Shown piece after piece: positions 13,140 to 27,389 of a stretch of 64,000 bases of DNA. The notes under the pieces are model-generated. The model had not been told where the DNA came from, made no database searches, and saw only the letters and a program-made list of their open reading frames with translations. The DNA comes from Daphnia carinata (Eukaryota). Each line of letters begins with the position of its first letter. Position 1 is the stretch's first letter. The stretch spans positions 7,254,001 through 7,318,000 of the forward strand of contig NC_081333.1 in assembly GCF_022539665.2 (NCBI RefSeq). The letters are read 5' to 3'. Made by a program: the position numbers and the translations under genes.

Positions 13140-16100
13140 ATGCTGGTCCGGAGATCTCGGCTGTTTTTCTCTCTCTCGCTATTAATTTGCTTGCAATGTG
13201 CCCAAACTTGTAAGTGGAGGAAGAAGCTTTTCATAATGTCAAGATTAAAAAATTACTGTTAATTAGTGTCGCCGATCCGATTTCATTAATTATTTATTCT
13301 CCGATGTTTCGCATGTTCTGGAACAACAGATCGCATTTGCGTGGTGGACGAAGCCTTGGCCTCCTGCTTGAATATGGTAGCCGACACGAACGCCCTAACT
13401 TTGGAATTTGAGTGCGTCCGAGCTAGAGACAGGTATCGATTCTATTTTTTATTTAGCTATTCGCCTTTCCTATCAGAAATTGCGCAATGACAATGTGACA
13501 TTCTTCTGCTGCCGTCGAATAATTAAACATGACACGTTCCTGTTGGATATTACTATGGACCAGTGACTGCATCGTCCTTAGTTTACAATAGCTCCATAAA
13601 CATTTGTTATTGGGAACTTATACGCCAAAAGCAAGTTAAAACTATGGGATTGAATTAGAGGAAATATGAAAAACTGTAACGTACTTCCCCCAACGGCTGT
13701 AAGGTAAAAAGTTGTGAAACTAAGACAAAACAAAGGCTTGCCCAATTCAGGAAAAAAAACGTTCACTGATCTTTAGTTATCTCCTTGACCTCGATGTGTG
13801 TATTGCAAATGTTTGATGTATCATTCTGCCACGTCATTGACCAACTTTTTACGCTTTCTTAGATTGGAATGCCTGAAACTGATACAGAACGGACTAGCGG
13901 ATTTTGCACCGTTCGAGCCAGAAGACATGTATATTGCGGCGAAATTCATGGACGACTCGTTGGCCATCTTTCTTGAAATGCGCAATGCCATCACTCAGTT
14001 AGGTATTCATCCCCCATAGCAATGCTGCTCATTAAAATTGTAAAGTGATGTAGAGATTTTAACTACGCAATAGATGTGTTTCGGTTTTTGAGCGTCGCTG
14101 TAGTTCGCAACGACGCCAACATCAATTATCCTGCTGATCTACGTGGAAAAGTCTCTTGCCACACTGGGTAATTCCTTCGTCATATCAAGTCTTCTTTCAT
14201 CTGATTAACTGATTTTTTTTTTTTTTTTTTTGTAACTGGGCCAAGTTACGGGAGAACAGCAGGTTGGCACATGCCAATACCCAGAGTTAGTACATGAATG
14301 AATTCAGTCTTATTTTCCGTTTGATTAAACTTGTTTATTCTCGACTCCGCTAGTTGATGACGGAAAGATTGATCAAACCGGATTGCACTGGGGTAAATCC
14401 GGTCATAGAGCACGAATTGGCTGCCGTGTCAGATTTTTTTTCACGCGCTTGCGTGCCCGGAAAGTGGTCACCAGATGACAATACGGACCAATTATTCAGT
14501 GAGTGACAGATTTCTTCATTTACCTAGATAAGCAGGATTTTTTTTCCCTACTAATAACCTTGAAATGGTAGAACGGAAATATCCCAATTTATGTTCGGCT
14601 TGCAACGATCCCTATCGATGCTCGGACGGCGATGAATATTCCGGATTCGAAGGAACACTCCGGTGTGTCACACAAGGACTGGGTCAAGTAGCTTGGACTA
14701 GTTATACTACCGTTAGGCGCGTGTTCGGCGTAAGTCTTTAGTATTTCCTCTTTGAAATGCGACTGACGATTAAAGAAAAAATAATAACTAATTCGATGTA
14801 TCACTTTAGATGGATACAGTCACTCCGAGCAGTGAAATCGTCAACTTTAGTTTCCTGTGTCCAGAAGGTGGCCGTCGGCCATTAACGTCGCCTTTTCCTT
14901 GTGTCTGGTCGGCGAAACCGTGGAATGCCTATATGACCCGGAAAGTCACTGCAGTGTAGGTTAAATCATTATGAATATAGCGGATTTTATGTGTCATGAA
15001 ACGGGATCGACGGTTTGATTTTTTTTTAGAGCAATAATGAGGGATATGCAACAGCGTATTGGTCGGGCGGTGGAATTGGCCCGTACGGCTGGCAACGTAC
15101 GATCAGCTGACTGGCTCACGCGGGTGCTGGGTTTCGAACCCGACGCTGTTGCCGTACCCATGGATGAATTGACGGTTTTCACAGCAGCCGAATATCTGGC
15201 CAGAAGTTCGTCATCTTCGAAATAATAACGATAATATTGATAATAGAATATTGAATTATTTTTCGCAGGTAATTTTACGCTATCGATTGAAGGACGTGGA
15301 TGCCGAGGACGGATACTCCGTTTTTGCGTAGTTTCGGAAAAAGAGCAACGCAAGTGCCAAGATTTGAGAATGGCCGCTCTCTCAAGGCGTGTTTTGCCGG
15401 AGATTACATGTGTCCGTGGATCGACGACGATGGATTGCATGGATCGTATACGACGAGGAGAAGCCGATATGAGAACCTTTGACAGTAATGATGCTTTCCG
15501 AGCTGGCAGGTGTGATTGAACCTTTTGCGATTATACTTCTAAAGGCTTATTATTTTATCGTGTTGAATTTAGGTCGTACAACTTGAAGCCAGTCGTGACA
15601 GAGATTTACCCCAACACACAGGAATCGGCTTCTTATGCTGTAGCGGTGGTCAAATCCAATTCTGGAATTAATCGACTGGAAGACTTGCGGGATAAACGAT
15701 CATGTCATACAGGATTCGGCCGGACTGCCGGTACCATGAAAGTCATTAAGAAATTATGTATATTTTTACTTTTATTATTCTAAAAAAAAAATTAAATAAA
15801 AGGCTGGAATATTCCCGTCTTTGCGCTCTCACAACGCCAACTCATCTATCCACAGCGATGTCGATTTGGTCGGGCAGTCAGCCAATTTTTCAGCAATCTT
15901 GTGTCCCCGGTGCCAAGGACTTTGTGAACGACATTTTCAGAGATAATCCGTTATCGCTATGTAGCATGTGCGTTGGCAACCAAGCCTTGGGTAATCATTC
16001 ATTTATGTGTAAACCGCGTAATGTAAACTGCAACATTTGTTTTTAGGTGGAGCTGGTCGGTGTTCTGCCGAGCCGACCGAAGAACTTTTTGCCGGATTCC

Positions 16101-16909
16101 GAGGAGCATTCCATTGCTTGGTGGAGGGCGGAGGAGATGTGGCATTTGTCCGACACACCACGCCTTTTGAAAACACTGGTGAGAGTTGGGTTTAATGTCA
16201 TGTCGTATTCTGTTCGCACCCATCTTTTTTATACTGTTTTTCGCAACGATTCAATTGAAACCAACAGATGGAAACAACCTGGAAGCCTGGGCGGTGGGCT
16301 TGAGTTCCAACAACTTCCGGCTGTTGTGTCGCGACGGAGGTGTTCGACCCGTACAGGAATACCAGACCTGCAATTTGGGCAAAGTGCCCGCGCCCAAAGT
16401 GAGTTTTTTCGTGCGCGCGTGCTCAGATGGGCGGAATTCCGCTTTCTTTTTCATTAGATAAATATACTACTTTTTGTTGTTCCCCTTTTTTTTTTTTTAT
16501 AAAGGTAATGACGGATGGTTGGAAATCTGCCGAACGGAGTCAGGACATCCGGGCTGTCATGTTGAGACTTTCTGACCTGTTTAGCCCGTCGTTTGGAGGC
16601 CAAGTCATCTTCCGTCTTTTCGGGCCTTACGAGGGCGTCCCCAACCTCCTTTTTACTGTAATTCTTTATCTTCTTGATACACGATATACATGGTGATTTA
16701 AATAAAACCTCAATTACCTTAATATTATGCAGGATTTCGCAGAGAGGCTTGGCGATCTGGGACCGGTGGATTACATACAAGGGCTTGGTCACGATTTTGT
16801 ACGAATGATGGAACAGACCACCTGTGGTTCTGGAAAGCTTCATCACGCTGTTGCCACCGGCGTTGTTATGACAGTCTTCACTTGCATCGTGTCCATCTAT
16901 TATCGCTGA
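13140..16909 (+). CDS. Two-lobed transferrin-family protein with signal peptide and C-terminal GPI-type hydrophobic tail (melanotransferrin-like); contains an apparent 1-nt frameshift at about 15893-15896
   Basis: Signal exon MLVRRSRLFFSLSLLICLQCAQT. N-lobe motifs: PEDMYIAAK, DLRGKVSCHTGYGRTAGW, FFSRACVPGKW, YPNLCSAC. C-lobe motifs: [60 protein letters not shown]. Tail GSGKLHHAVATGVVMTVFTCIVSIYYR*. Confidence 0.9.
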
Positions 16910-17497
16910 TTATTATTCATCGAAAATTTTCACATCTCTTGATCCGCCTGGGGATTGCTCTATTCTTTCCGTGTTACAGCATATTTTCTAATCATAAAAT
17001 TAATCATTAAAATCGGAACGAAAAATAATAATAAGATTGTATTTTAAAACATTTCAAAGTTCGACAAGGAAGGAGCTGTAGGTTCGTGCGACTCGAGAAT
17101 ATGAAGCTTATGGCTGAAAGTGTCGGCACACTGTTTCTTTTCCAGTACGAATTTTTCCATCACAGAATTTTAAGAGCATTTCTTTTATGAAAACAAAACG
17201 TGAAAAAAGTAAATATTTCGCCTAAAAAAAAATATACCGACGAAGACATCAACAAACAAAATACTTAAAAAAAAGAAATACCCGATGAGTTAGTATTTAG
17301 CGAGAGATCCATCCTCAACTTAACTAAAATTATGCTAAATATTAAATTACGGTTGCGCTAATCAAAAATAATTGAAAGAAGTGCAAGTGAGAAAGCTAGT
17401 TTGCAACGTGACGCTAATTTTCCAAGTACGCACATTTTTTTGGTGTCACTGTACTCGTTTTACTTGGGTTGCAAACGTGGGATCATGTTGAGGGCGT

Positions 17498-20209
17498 TCA
17501 CTTCGGTTTGACTGTGGTTTTCTTTTTCGCTACGCGAGGAAGAGTAGCGTATGAAGGTGCCTGAAAAGAAAAGAACGAATATTAGTCAACAAGGAAACCA
17601 CAACTAGAAATAGATCTGTTTTGGCTTCAAACGTAACGAGCATCAAGCAGAAAAAGCTGTTTAGCCAAAGGATTTTACACTTAAGATTAGGTTAGTCATC
17701 GGGATTTCAACCATGCTTTTTCCCCTCTGATCAAGCAAACAGGATAGACTCGCCATGCAGGTGAGCTACCTTCCCCAGATTCAACGAAGAGCACTGGTGG
17801 AGGAGGCGGAGCTCTTCGTTTAGTGACAACCCTCGGCTTGTCGCTTTTGAAGGCGACTGCCGCCCCCGTCTTCTATAAAATCAACCATCTTGATTAACCG
17901 TGAGCCGACCGAACAGCGATTACTTACATCAGATCCATTTGCGCCACCATTTTTGACTGGTCGAACGTGGTTGTTTTCTACCATGGTAACAGGCCTCGCT
18001 CCACGAGAACTGCTACGGACAGAACCAGCCCGACGGACAACGGCTTCAATGGCGCCAGAAACTGTATCAGTGGGCAAGAATTCACTACTCGAATAACCCG
18101 AGCTAACGTCCTCCACTGAGCGTATCTCCCTGTAACAAGGATGTGGGGTTAAGTAAGCCAATACATTAAGGATGGAATTATCTAACGGTGTCTTAACCAT
18201 TCTTTCTTTACCCGATATAACGCTCTGCTTCGTCCCCACCACGCCGGGCTAGATTACTGGGATCGAATTCGGTAAAGTAGACTTCTCTTGTTACACGGGC
18301 ACGGGGGGCTCGCTGAACTGGTGGCCTCATAACAACGTCTGTTCAAAAGATAAAACGAGTTAAGATGATATAACTTTTGAATTATTTCAAACTACGTGTA
18401 TTCATTTACCTCCATCTTTCTCATTTCCAATTTCTACCATGTCATCGAATAGGTCGTCGAATTCTTCCGTGTCTGAATCGTCAAGTTCGATCGGTCCTGG
18501 AGCAGTTTGAACGTGATTTTGAGTCCTTACTCTATCAGGCTCATCCAACTCCTGTAAAACGGCTCCTCCGCCTCGTACTTGTCGACGATTAACGACAGTG
18601 TTTTCGATGGATACATCACCAACGCTGTAACTCTTGCGTAGCGTGTTCATCAATCCTCCGCCGCCATTGATAGCCGTCTGCATGATAACGCGAGAGGCAT
18701 ACTGCACGCCTTTCGTGCCCAGCTCCAGAACAGTTTTGTAGCTTTCCTCTTTGGCCCGGTTAAGGTATTCGTCGATTTCCTATTTTTGTAACCAGACAAC
18801 AAGAAAGTCAGTAAAGAATGCCTTCTCCCCCCAATGTGAAGAGCACGTTTGAAAATAAACCTTTTCCCTCTTGACTAGGATAGGGTGGACGAACTTTCGG
18901 TACAGGATACTAGAACCTTCAGTGGCCGGAGATAGGAGCCATAAAACGACGACGATCTTTATTTCATAGTAAAAGGGAAACCTATTTCATAACGAAAAAC
19001 ATTAATTGATGACTTAATTTGGTAAAGAAAACCAACCACAATCCTTACCAGAAGCCAAAGAACACATCAGTGATTGTTTCTGCAGTCGTGAATAATGCAA
19101 ATACCACCCAGTACATCATCCATTTGACCTGTCAGAAAAATTTCTTTTTATTGTAAACAAACAAAGAATTGAAATGAATTTTAATTAATTACGTATTCAT
19201 CGACATCTTTCGTCCGGATGGCTTTATAGCTGGAATAGGCCGGATAAAGGGTGCCTAAGAGGAGTCTGTAGAAAGAAACGATTACGTAGGCAAGGGATGG
19301 AAATGCCGAGCAGACGAGATAACCCGGGAGTGTCACAGCAGTCAATTCCCAAGTATTCAGTAATAAATCTACATTGGCTGGAGTGGATTCACTGATGGGC
19401 ACCAACGTAGAAACATCGTTTTCAGATTGCCACGAAATTCGCACCATCTTGTTTGCCGATGTCAGACACGAATAACAAACAAAACGCCAAAAAAACTACA
19501 AATCCATCTGCGCCGCCCTTCGATTGTGCGACTGACGGCCAACAACACCCCAACGACACTAGAGCCCTTGGTTCCCTAGTCAACAAAGACGGTAACTAAC
19601 CGAGGGCTGCCCGTGCTATTTCCGTTGGCAACTAATACTAGAGTCACGTCTTTGACAACAAACCAAGGGTCGTCTCTTTCCCTTTTCTATTCAATTGAAG
19701 CAACACTTTTATTTTTTAAAGAACGAAATTGAAAAGTTCGTCTCGTGATCGAATCCCAGCCAAAAGGTTTTTAAAAGTTCGTGTCAGGGTTCTTAGGCAG
19801 ATTTTTTTTTACAGTCTGGAAGCAAGTGAAAGACGTGCACACACAGTTTGTGTCAAGGATGTTATAAAGTTTTGAATCAAGGTTGTACTCGGGACTGTTC
19901 GTCTCGTTGTTCAAACGCGTCCATTTACGGTCAAAACAACCCCAGGGGTTTCAGGACTTCCCGGGAAAAAAAATTTACAAAGGAAAGGGAAACGTGTGAA
20001 TACAAGTGAACGCGATAACCAATTTCAAAAACCCATATACCAAAACTTCTAACGCCCACAAACAATGACGAAATGCCTACGATTAAAATGGATTTGAGAT
20101 AAAACGTTGCATTCGTCTGGTAATTAAACAAAGACGTCACAAGAACAAAGTAAATAATAATTGTGTAAATCACTCACATGACGAGTCTGGAAACCAAGCC
20201 TGAAACCAT
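17498..20209 (-). CDS. REEP: Receptor expression-enhancing protein, REEP1-4 subfamily (TB2/DP1/HVA22 domain, ER shaping); C-terminal exons approximate
   Basis: Exon 20178-20209 [11 protein letters not shown] splices to [24 protein letters not shown], then [86 protein letters not shown] and LRKSYSVGD. The probable last exon reads [20 protein letters not shown] (stop 17498-17500; frame of this exon less certain). Confidence 0.88.
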
Positions 20210-21136
20210 TTTCCAGATCGACGAGATTTTCTCTCTAGCACTTTTTAAATGTTAACATGCAACGAGCAGGTAACATGTGCTTTTTACAACACGCTGAAAA
20301 TGTGCAGATAGGTTCAAGTTGCAGCTTTACAAGACCGAACGATTCAAAAGCCAAGGTGTTTCTGAATGCGACTCGAAGTAACGACGTTAGCTTGATGGGA
20401 AACAAACATACCACCAGGATTTTTTATCAGCGGGTATTTAGTGTTATAACTATTCGATAGATGGTGTAAAAATCTAAGTTGTGCAAACATGTTTGGCGTT
20501 AGTAATTTCAGAGAAATTTGCAATATTATTCAGCTGATAAATTTCGCATCGAATCTTAAAAATCCATCATTGCATTTTGATATTTCTTTCGTTAATGAAA
20601 ATTACCCTTTAATGCTTTCATGATTCTTTGATAGATGGCAGCAGGTTTGTTCTGCGTCTTTTTTGGCGCGCTACGTGGACTCTGTTGTTGGGCCAACTAT
20701 TCGAGCCACATCCCCTTTTTTTCCCTCCCATCCTTTTTTGTTTGCTCCTTCTTTGCCTGGTTCGTGCGTGTTGCTAATACCTCCATCAGAGGCGCTGCAC
20801 GTCTGCTTAGCCTCCAGCCCTGTTTCTCATTCCCGCCCGCGAGTTGTTCTGAGCGAAGCGTTGACTGAAACTGTGCGTATCGCCGTCTCTGCGTTTCTAG
20901 GTGTGAAACATGTTTTTCCTATTGAATTGCTGCCAAAAGTACAAGATGTGATCGTCGTGAAGTGTAGTCAGTATCGAATGTGCAAAACGGCGTCTACTTG
21001 AACCAGATACGACCAATATTTTACCGTTTATAGAGTGAACATTAACCCCGAGACCTCACGTACATATTCATGACTCGTTGGACGACGTTGGTGGTGCGTC
21101 GTTTCTCGTGAATGCGATGCCATACGTCGTCGTTCG
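20210..21136. promoter_or_regulatory. Divergent (head-to-head) promoter region between REEP and KDM3
   Basis: Start codons at 20209 (-) and 21137 (+). The interval contains TAGATGGC at 20632-20639 and an E2F-like TTTGGCGC at 20662-20669. Confidence 0.6.
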
Positions 21137-24100
21137 ATGGCGCAAAACCGTTGTCGCAAGGATATCGTCGGCAAGAGGTTCTTGTGCGTTTCGTCGAGTT
21201 CAATCAACGGCCAGTCTTCATCACCAGCTAAAAGTGCCATTCAACAACAACAACAACGTACCCCGAACGAACCTGCTCGCTGGGCCTGGCGGGCGGGCGT
21301 GATTCGTGCCGCCACACTCCACAACATCGATCAACACGACCTCCAGGTATGATTTTGTTCCGAAATAATTTTTTTTTTTTTTTTTTCAAAATTCCCTGGG
21401 CTATTTTCCGAAATTCTTCAATAGGGGAAACTAGCTACTACAACTATTATGCGTATCTTTCGTAGAAAAAACGCAATTACTTGTTGATGAGGTTTAACGG
21501 AACAAGAAGAGAATACCTTGAAATTTTTAGAAATGATATTCTCGGTCAAGAGATAAAAGAAGTTTACGCAGAGAATGTTGTTTAGTAGGGTTCGGCCAAC
21601 TAAACCTGTACACGTAGTATTCGTCGTAGTTTTTTTTCTGCAGGTGATAAACAATTCCCAAAAGCCTGTCCCATTGAGTCCTTCCGCATCTACACGAGGT
21701 GGGGATTTGTGCATTTCTAATGCTTCCTTAACAACAACGTATGAGAACTTTTAGGCCGGATAAAGTTGCAGATTTCGAACTCTTTGTTTATTATGAGAGG
21801 GTTTCACGGCGTGTTCGAAAAAGTCCCCAGATTGATCAAAAGGACCTCCCTTTACGTCTTTGAAAAAAAAAAAAAAGTTTCCGTTGGTATCATAAAACAC
21901 ACATGAAAAAAAAAAAAGAGGATTTTTCTTTTTATGAAGGGAAAAAATGGAATGATTTATTTTTCTTTTAGCCGTTTGGACAGGTTCCAACGGTCCTTGG
22001 ACCAGAGGGAAGACGTTGAATAATAACGCAACGAATGTTGGTAGATACAAACGAGTCTGATAAAAATAGAGAGAAAGAAAGGGTAAAACAAGAGAAACTT
22101 TCTAAAAAACAAAAAAGAAAAAAAAGTGGAGAAAAAGAGGCCGTTGACTTGTTTAAACGTGGCTAGAACCGGGAAGATTCATCAGCATCACTTAAAACGG
22201 GATTAGAATCAATACCTAACATGAGAACCAAAACAAAAAAAAAATCATGGACATTTTGCCGTTTATCCGTGTCGACTCTACAGGTCAACTAGTTCGAAGA
22301 AAGAGAATATCGATCCCTCCTCAGACACATTCAGTTTTTTAGCCAATTTTCCAGAGTTTACCGATTGTAGCATTCCGACGCCCGTTGCAGCACAGAGCTA
22401 TTGTCTACAGCATACGTTGCCGTGCAGAACCGCGTTCATAGGGTAAGGGAGATCCCAAGTTATTGATTTTCAATGCCCTGGGCGTCGCTCTCTCTCGGTT
22501 GGAGAAGGGAAAAAAAAGAGGCACTTGACTGGCTTTTTCGCTCCCGTCCCTATCCTTCTCCGCACACACGCCATACAAACAAACAAAAGAATCCCGGCCG
22601 TTGCACTCTCTTGCGTCGCACTGAAAAAAGAAAAACTCCACCTTCCTCAACCTTCCCCATTTTTTTGTTGTTGTTTTCCGTGAGGGGCTCAAAAAAAATA
22701 AAACTTTTGCAATGTGACGTCACATGCATCTGCTATCGACAGGAAAAGTTCACTTAATTTATCGATCTTCTTTCTCTTCCTTTGCAGTTACTCCTGGAAT
22801 ACGACGACTTAAGCTGGGATCAGCGTGAATGGACCAGTATTCACCAAGCGGGTGTATTTCACGTCTTCCTCGTCGAACACGACCTTTGGTGGGCGGAGGC
22901 GCAGCAACAACTTTGGCCCGCCTTGGTATGTCGAAACGTTTCATTTTAAACGGCGGAAGTAGCCGAACACCGTAGAGCAAATGAATAATATTATAGCGAT
23001 GCTTTTAACACGAAAAATGTGCAAAGAACGGAATCAAATTTTCTTTTTCATATGCCCAGGCTTTCAGCAGTTTGGTGAATCGGAGTCGTGTGGTGTTTCA
23101 ATTGCCAACGTCCTCTGGTTCGGTTGACGAAGAAGAGGTCGACGGATCATTGCATCCGAGTGGCGTTGCTAGGACAATTGGTGGCAGTGTTGATCGTAGT
23201 GACGGTGAAACGAAACGAAACCAGTGCGCCGATTTAGCATCGGAACGAAAGAAAAACACAACGTGTGGAAGTAAAAAACCAGTGTCATTAGTGGCTGTTG
23301 AATTCCTGTTGGACCAGCAGCGTTCCTTCCTTCCATCATCCCGTCTGCAACCTTTCCAGGTAAATAATAATTTAAAAAAAAAAAAGCTAGACAGGGAACT
23401 AAACGCACACAAACAAACTTTCTACCGATCCGTTGGCCGTCCTCTTGCTCGTTGACCCCGGCTAACATAAAAATAGCACAGGCTCTCTTTCTCGTTTTGT
23501 CTATTTCTCCCTATATATTGGTGTGCGCAAGATCCAGCAGCGCACGTGACTCCCCGCTCTATTTTGCTTCCCGCCTCCCGCAAAGGAGGCTATGAATATC
23601 AAAATTTCTGGCCAAAAAGGAAACATAAAAGGCAACCCCCCCTCACTCCCCCATGGTGCTATCAGTTTCTGCTTCACTTTTGGCGTATTTTACATTTTGA
23701 AAATAAAAGACCCTTTTTCTTTTTTGTTCTTCCGGTCTGGCAAAACGTTCGCATTCCTATTTGACGGGTCCGTGCGTATCAAGTATTGACACTGTTCAAA
23801 GTGTGTGTCTGCATTGACCTTGAAATGTCCGTTGTTTGCCTGACTTCCGTTCTAAGGGATCCCATTTGCATTTCAGAATGGCGAAACATTTGAAACCCCT
23901 ACAGAATAACTGCGGACGATACTCGTCTTTCGTGTTATCCGTAATCGATGCATTCGCGTCTTATCAATAAACTTTCGATAAACACTGGCCTGATTTCAAA
24001 CTTGCCAATGTCGCAATCGATGTCTGATAACAAAAAAATGGAAAGATACAAGATGTTCCCCTAAACTTGTTTTGAATATCCGCTTTCAAGAGAAAGAGAC

Positions 24101-27100
24101 TTTTGAAATAATTCTCTTATTTGTTTCGGGGTTCAGCTGCCATTTCATTATTTAATGAAGTTTCAAAAGATCAGAAAACCGGTTTTTTTTTTTTTTGTTC
24201 TAATGCGTCAGATTTTAAACTTTGTTTTTTTTTGCGTATGTTTTATTTGAGCAGGATTGGGAGTCGTTCGGTTGGTCTAGCCCTGCCGAGCATCAAAATC
24301 GATCGCATCCGACATCTTCCTCACAGGCAGTGCGAGAAGCCGTGCGGAAGTGGGCGGAGCTGCAAGCCGGACAGCGGATTCTGGTTACTACGCCTTCAGT
24401 CGTCGTCGGCTACCGTTGTCAGGTGTACCGGTCCGAAGGTGCCACACAGTGGTACACGGCTGTCATTGTCGGCCACGACGAGGAGTCAGGGGTATGTGTC
24501 AATTCACGCACCGTCACGTCCATTGCAACAATTCTATTATTTATTATTTATTTATTTTTCTCTTGTGTTTGTCCCTGACGTCACCAGGAACTGACCTTGA
24601 CAGACGACACCGTGCTTGAAGAGCACTACGAAGACCCTCGTTTGCTTCAAATCAAATTGCTGGGAGAAGGAGGTCTTGACATTTATTGTTATTGCTTTTT
24701 TCTTTACCGCATCAGACTTTTCACCGTATCCTTTCTCCGAATTTATTTTTAGTTGTTGAATCCATTTTGAGAGGTGAAACAGTAGGCATCACATCCAGAC
24801 GCTCGAGAGCTTCATCTCAGGTAAAAAAAACAAACACATCATTTCGATTGAAATTCTTTTTGAAAACTTTAATCTTTTTGATACCTGTCTGTATGTGTTT
24901 AGGCGGGGAAAGTGGTCCATTCATCGTTGGTCAGTCTTGCAGCACCTCACCATCCAGCAACGAAACGTGGGAGTGGTGTGGCCGCAGTCCGCCCAGGAGA
25001 CCGGAACGATACCACACCGAAAAGTAAGCAAAAATTTAAGCTAAAGGTCATCAACGACATGCGGGATTAGACGGATATCAGGAAAAAGACAGACCTGTAT
25101 AATTCGATGGACGCTTTCTTCCCGAGGCTTTTTTGTTTTGTTGTTTATTTTTTTTTTTTTTTTTTTGGGGGGGGGGGGGGGGTGGTTTTGGAAAACTAGC
25201 ACAACAACAACAACACAAGTTTTGTGTTCCTTTTTTTTTGAGGCCGGAGGAGGAGTCTGCCGTGTGCCGCCAAACCGACTTGGCTTCAATAGTCAACCGG
25301 ACTCAGTAGAGACAAGTTGGTTTGCGGTGGGTTGTTGTGGGTTGCGCAGACGGTGAGTTTGTTTGTCTTTTATTGTAACGAGAGAAAGAAAAAAAAAATC
25401 CTTCAGTAATGATGATGGCCGATTCCGTAAAGAATTCTCCTTGCCCCCCTTTTAAAATTTTTTTTTTTTTTTTTTTAAGAATTGAAAGAAAAAGAAAACT
25501 TTCTCCACCTGGCGGGCAACGTGAGTCATTGCTCCCGATGGTGACTCGGCCGCCGCCATGGTGTTGTCATAGAAACGAGTATGTGTGTGTGTGTGTGTGT
25601 GTGCTCTATCTTTCCGATTGTGTATGGCCGTATAGACTATTCAAGTTTAACGACCCCTTCCGTTTATTTTATTTTATTTTTCTTTCCTAAACGAACTGCT
25701 ACTAGAAGAAGAAGTATAGTAGTTAGTACCATGTTCCGCGCTAGTTTCTCGGCTCTCTTTTTATAATGTTCTCTTTGACCAGTTATCCGGATGGGATAGA
25801 GAAAGAAGAGGGAGAAGAAGAAGAAGAGAGAAAAAAAAAAGAGGTGGTTTCTCCTCTTTCATTCTCTTTGTATTCATCCGGTCCCTTTTGGGATGGCATT
25901 CTAACCCGCTGGCGTCGAACGGAATGAGGCAATCTTATCATCTCGCTCACGTCCCGTCGTTTCGGGGCTGCGCAGCCCCGGCTCTTTCTCTCGTTTTCTC
26001 TCTCTCTATGCAGTACACCTGCCATTTTAGCTTCTCAGTTAGTTCGGGTTGGTGTTGTTGGCCTTGATTTCTCCATCAATCCGCCATTTTCTTGTGCGAT
26101 GATGACAAAACTTTTGTCATCAGGGTCCCCTGTTTTTATGATTTTTTTTTCCCTTTTTACTCGAGAAAGAATAAGATAGGAGGCAATAAAAAGAAAAACT
26201 TGTATTTCTTTTTGGGTGGAATTTGCCATCGGAAAACGATGTCGTGGCTGAGCCAAATAAAAAAGAAAAAAAAAAAGGAGGGGGCCGCATGACGTCACGG
26301 GGCTTTGCCGCGACTGCTGATTGGTCGCTGCGAAGCCTCCTTGGCTGACTTGGCATTCTCCCTCCCTTCAGGTCCCCCCCTCCCTTCTCATTGCACACAC
26401 ACACACACACGCATTTCCCCAATCCAGCTGTGTAGTTCAGTTCAGTTCAGTCGCGCCAAGATGGCGGAGACCAAGCTGTGATTGCCGTCTCGTGTGTGTG
26501 TGTGTGTATCTGTGTGCTCTTCTACGTCTCTCATTCTCTTTTTCACATTCTAGCGAACAGTGTAGTTGTTTTTGGGTGTGACAGTGCCAAGACGACGTTA
26601 CGGATTAACTCGATCGAACCACGCCATTATACAAACGTTTCGGGGGACTGTGCTTCATCATAAAAAAGAACGGCAAACAAAGTGAATGTCGAGTTTTTCT
26701 AGTGCAGTATACGCAGTGGTGGCAATTCCGGTATAGCAAGCTATGTTTTAGTCCCCTTTTTTTCTTTGCTTATTTCGTTTTTGTGTGTGTGTGTGCGAGA
26801 GTTGTGTCCCTGTCGTGCTTCTGTGAGGGAGCTGCCGGCGTGGCCGCGTGGCTGCCAACTTTGTCAGTCGCCATTTCTATAGATGATGGGGCATATAAAG
26901 ATACACTAGTTATTGTAAGTAGCACTAGTCAATTAAATTTGATAAAACACACACACACACACACGTTGCCCGGATGTAACAGATGGCCCGTGCATCTTCA
27001 TCGTTAAAAGGAAAAAGACTTTTTTCTTTCTTTTCTGTTTCCTTTTTGTCAGTAATTCACCATACCAAGTTGGTGAAAGGGACAAAAGAATAAACCTTCT

Positions 27101-27358
27101 CCCTTATACCTTCGGGGCCGTATAGTTCCATGCATTTCGGTTAAGAAACCGAGGAGGGGTGGAAACATGTCCGCAGGTTCTCTCTGTCGCCTCTGTGTTT
27201 AAAAAAAAAAAAAAAAGAACTTTTCTCCCGTTACTTCGTAAGTCTCCTTTATTTTCTGATTGCCTGGTCAAGGTGAACTTTGGAGTAGCCGGGATAAAAG
27301 AACGAAACCGGTTATCGTGTCTGCCACTCCTCCTTGATTCTCTTCAACACTCGAGCCG

Positions 27359-27389
<31 letters not shown>

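Noticed and set aside
19735..19765. tRNA T-loop-like GATCGAATCCC
   Set aside because: No acceptor, D or anticodon arms can be formed around it.
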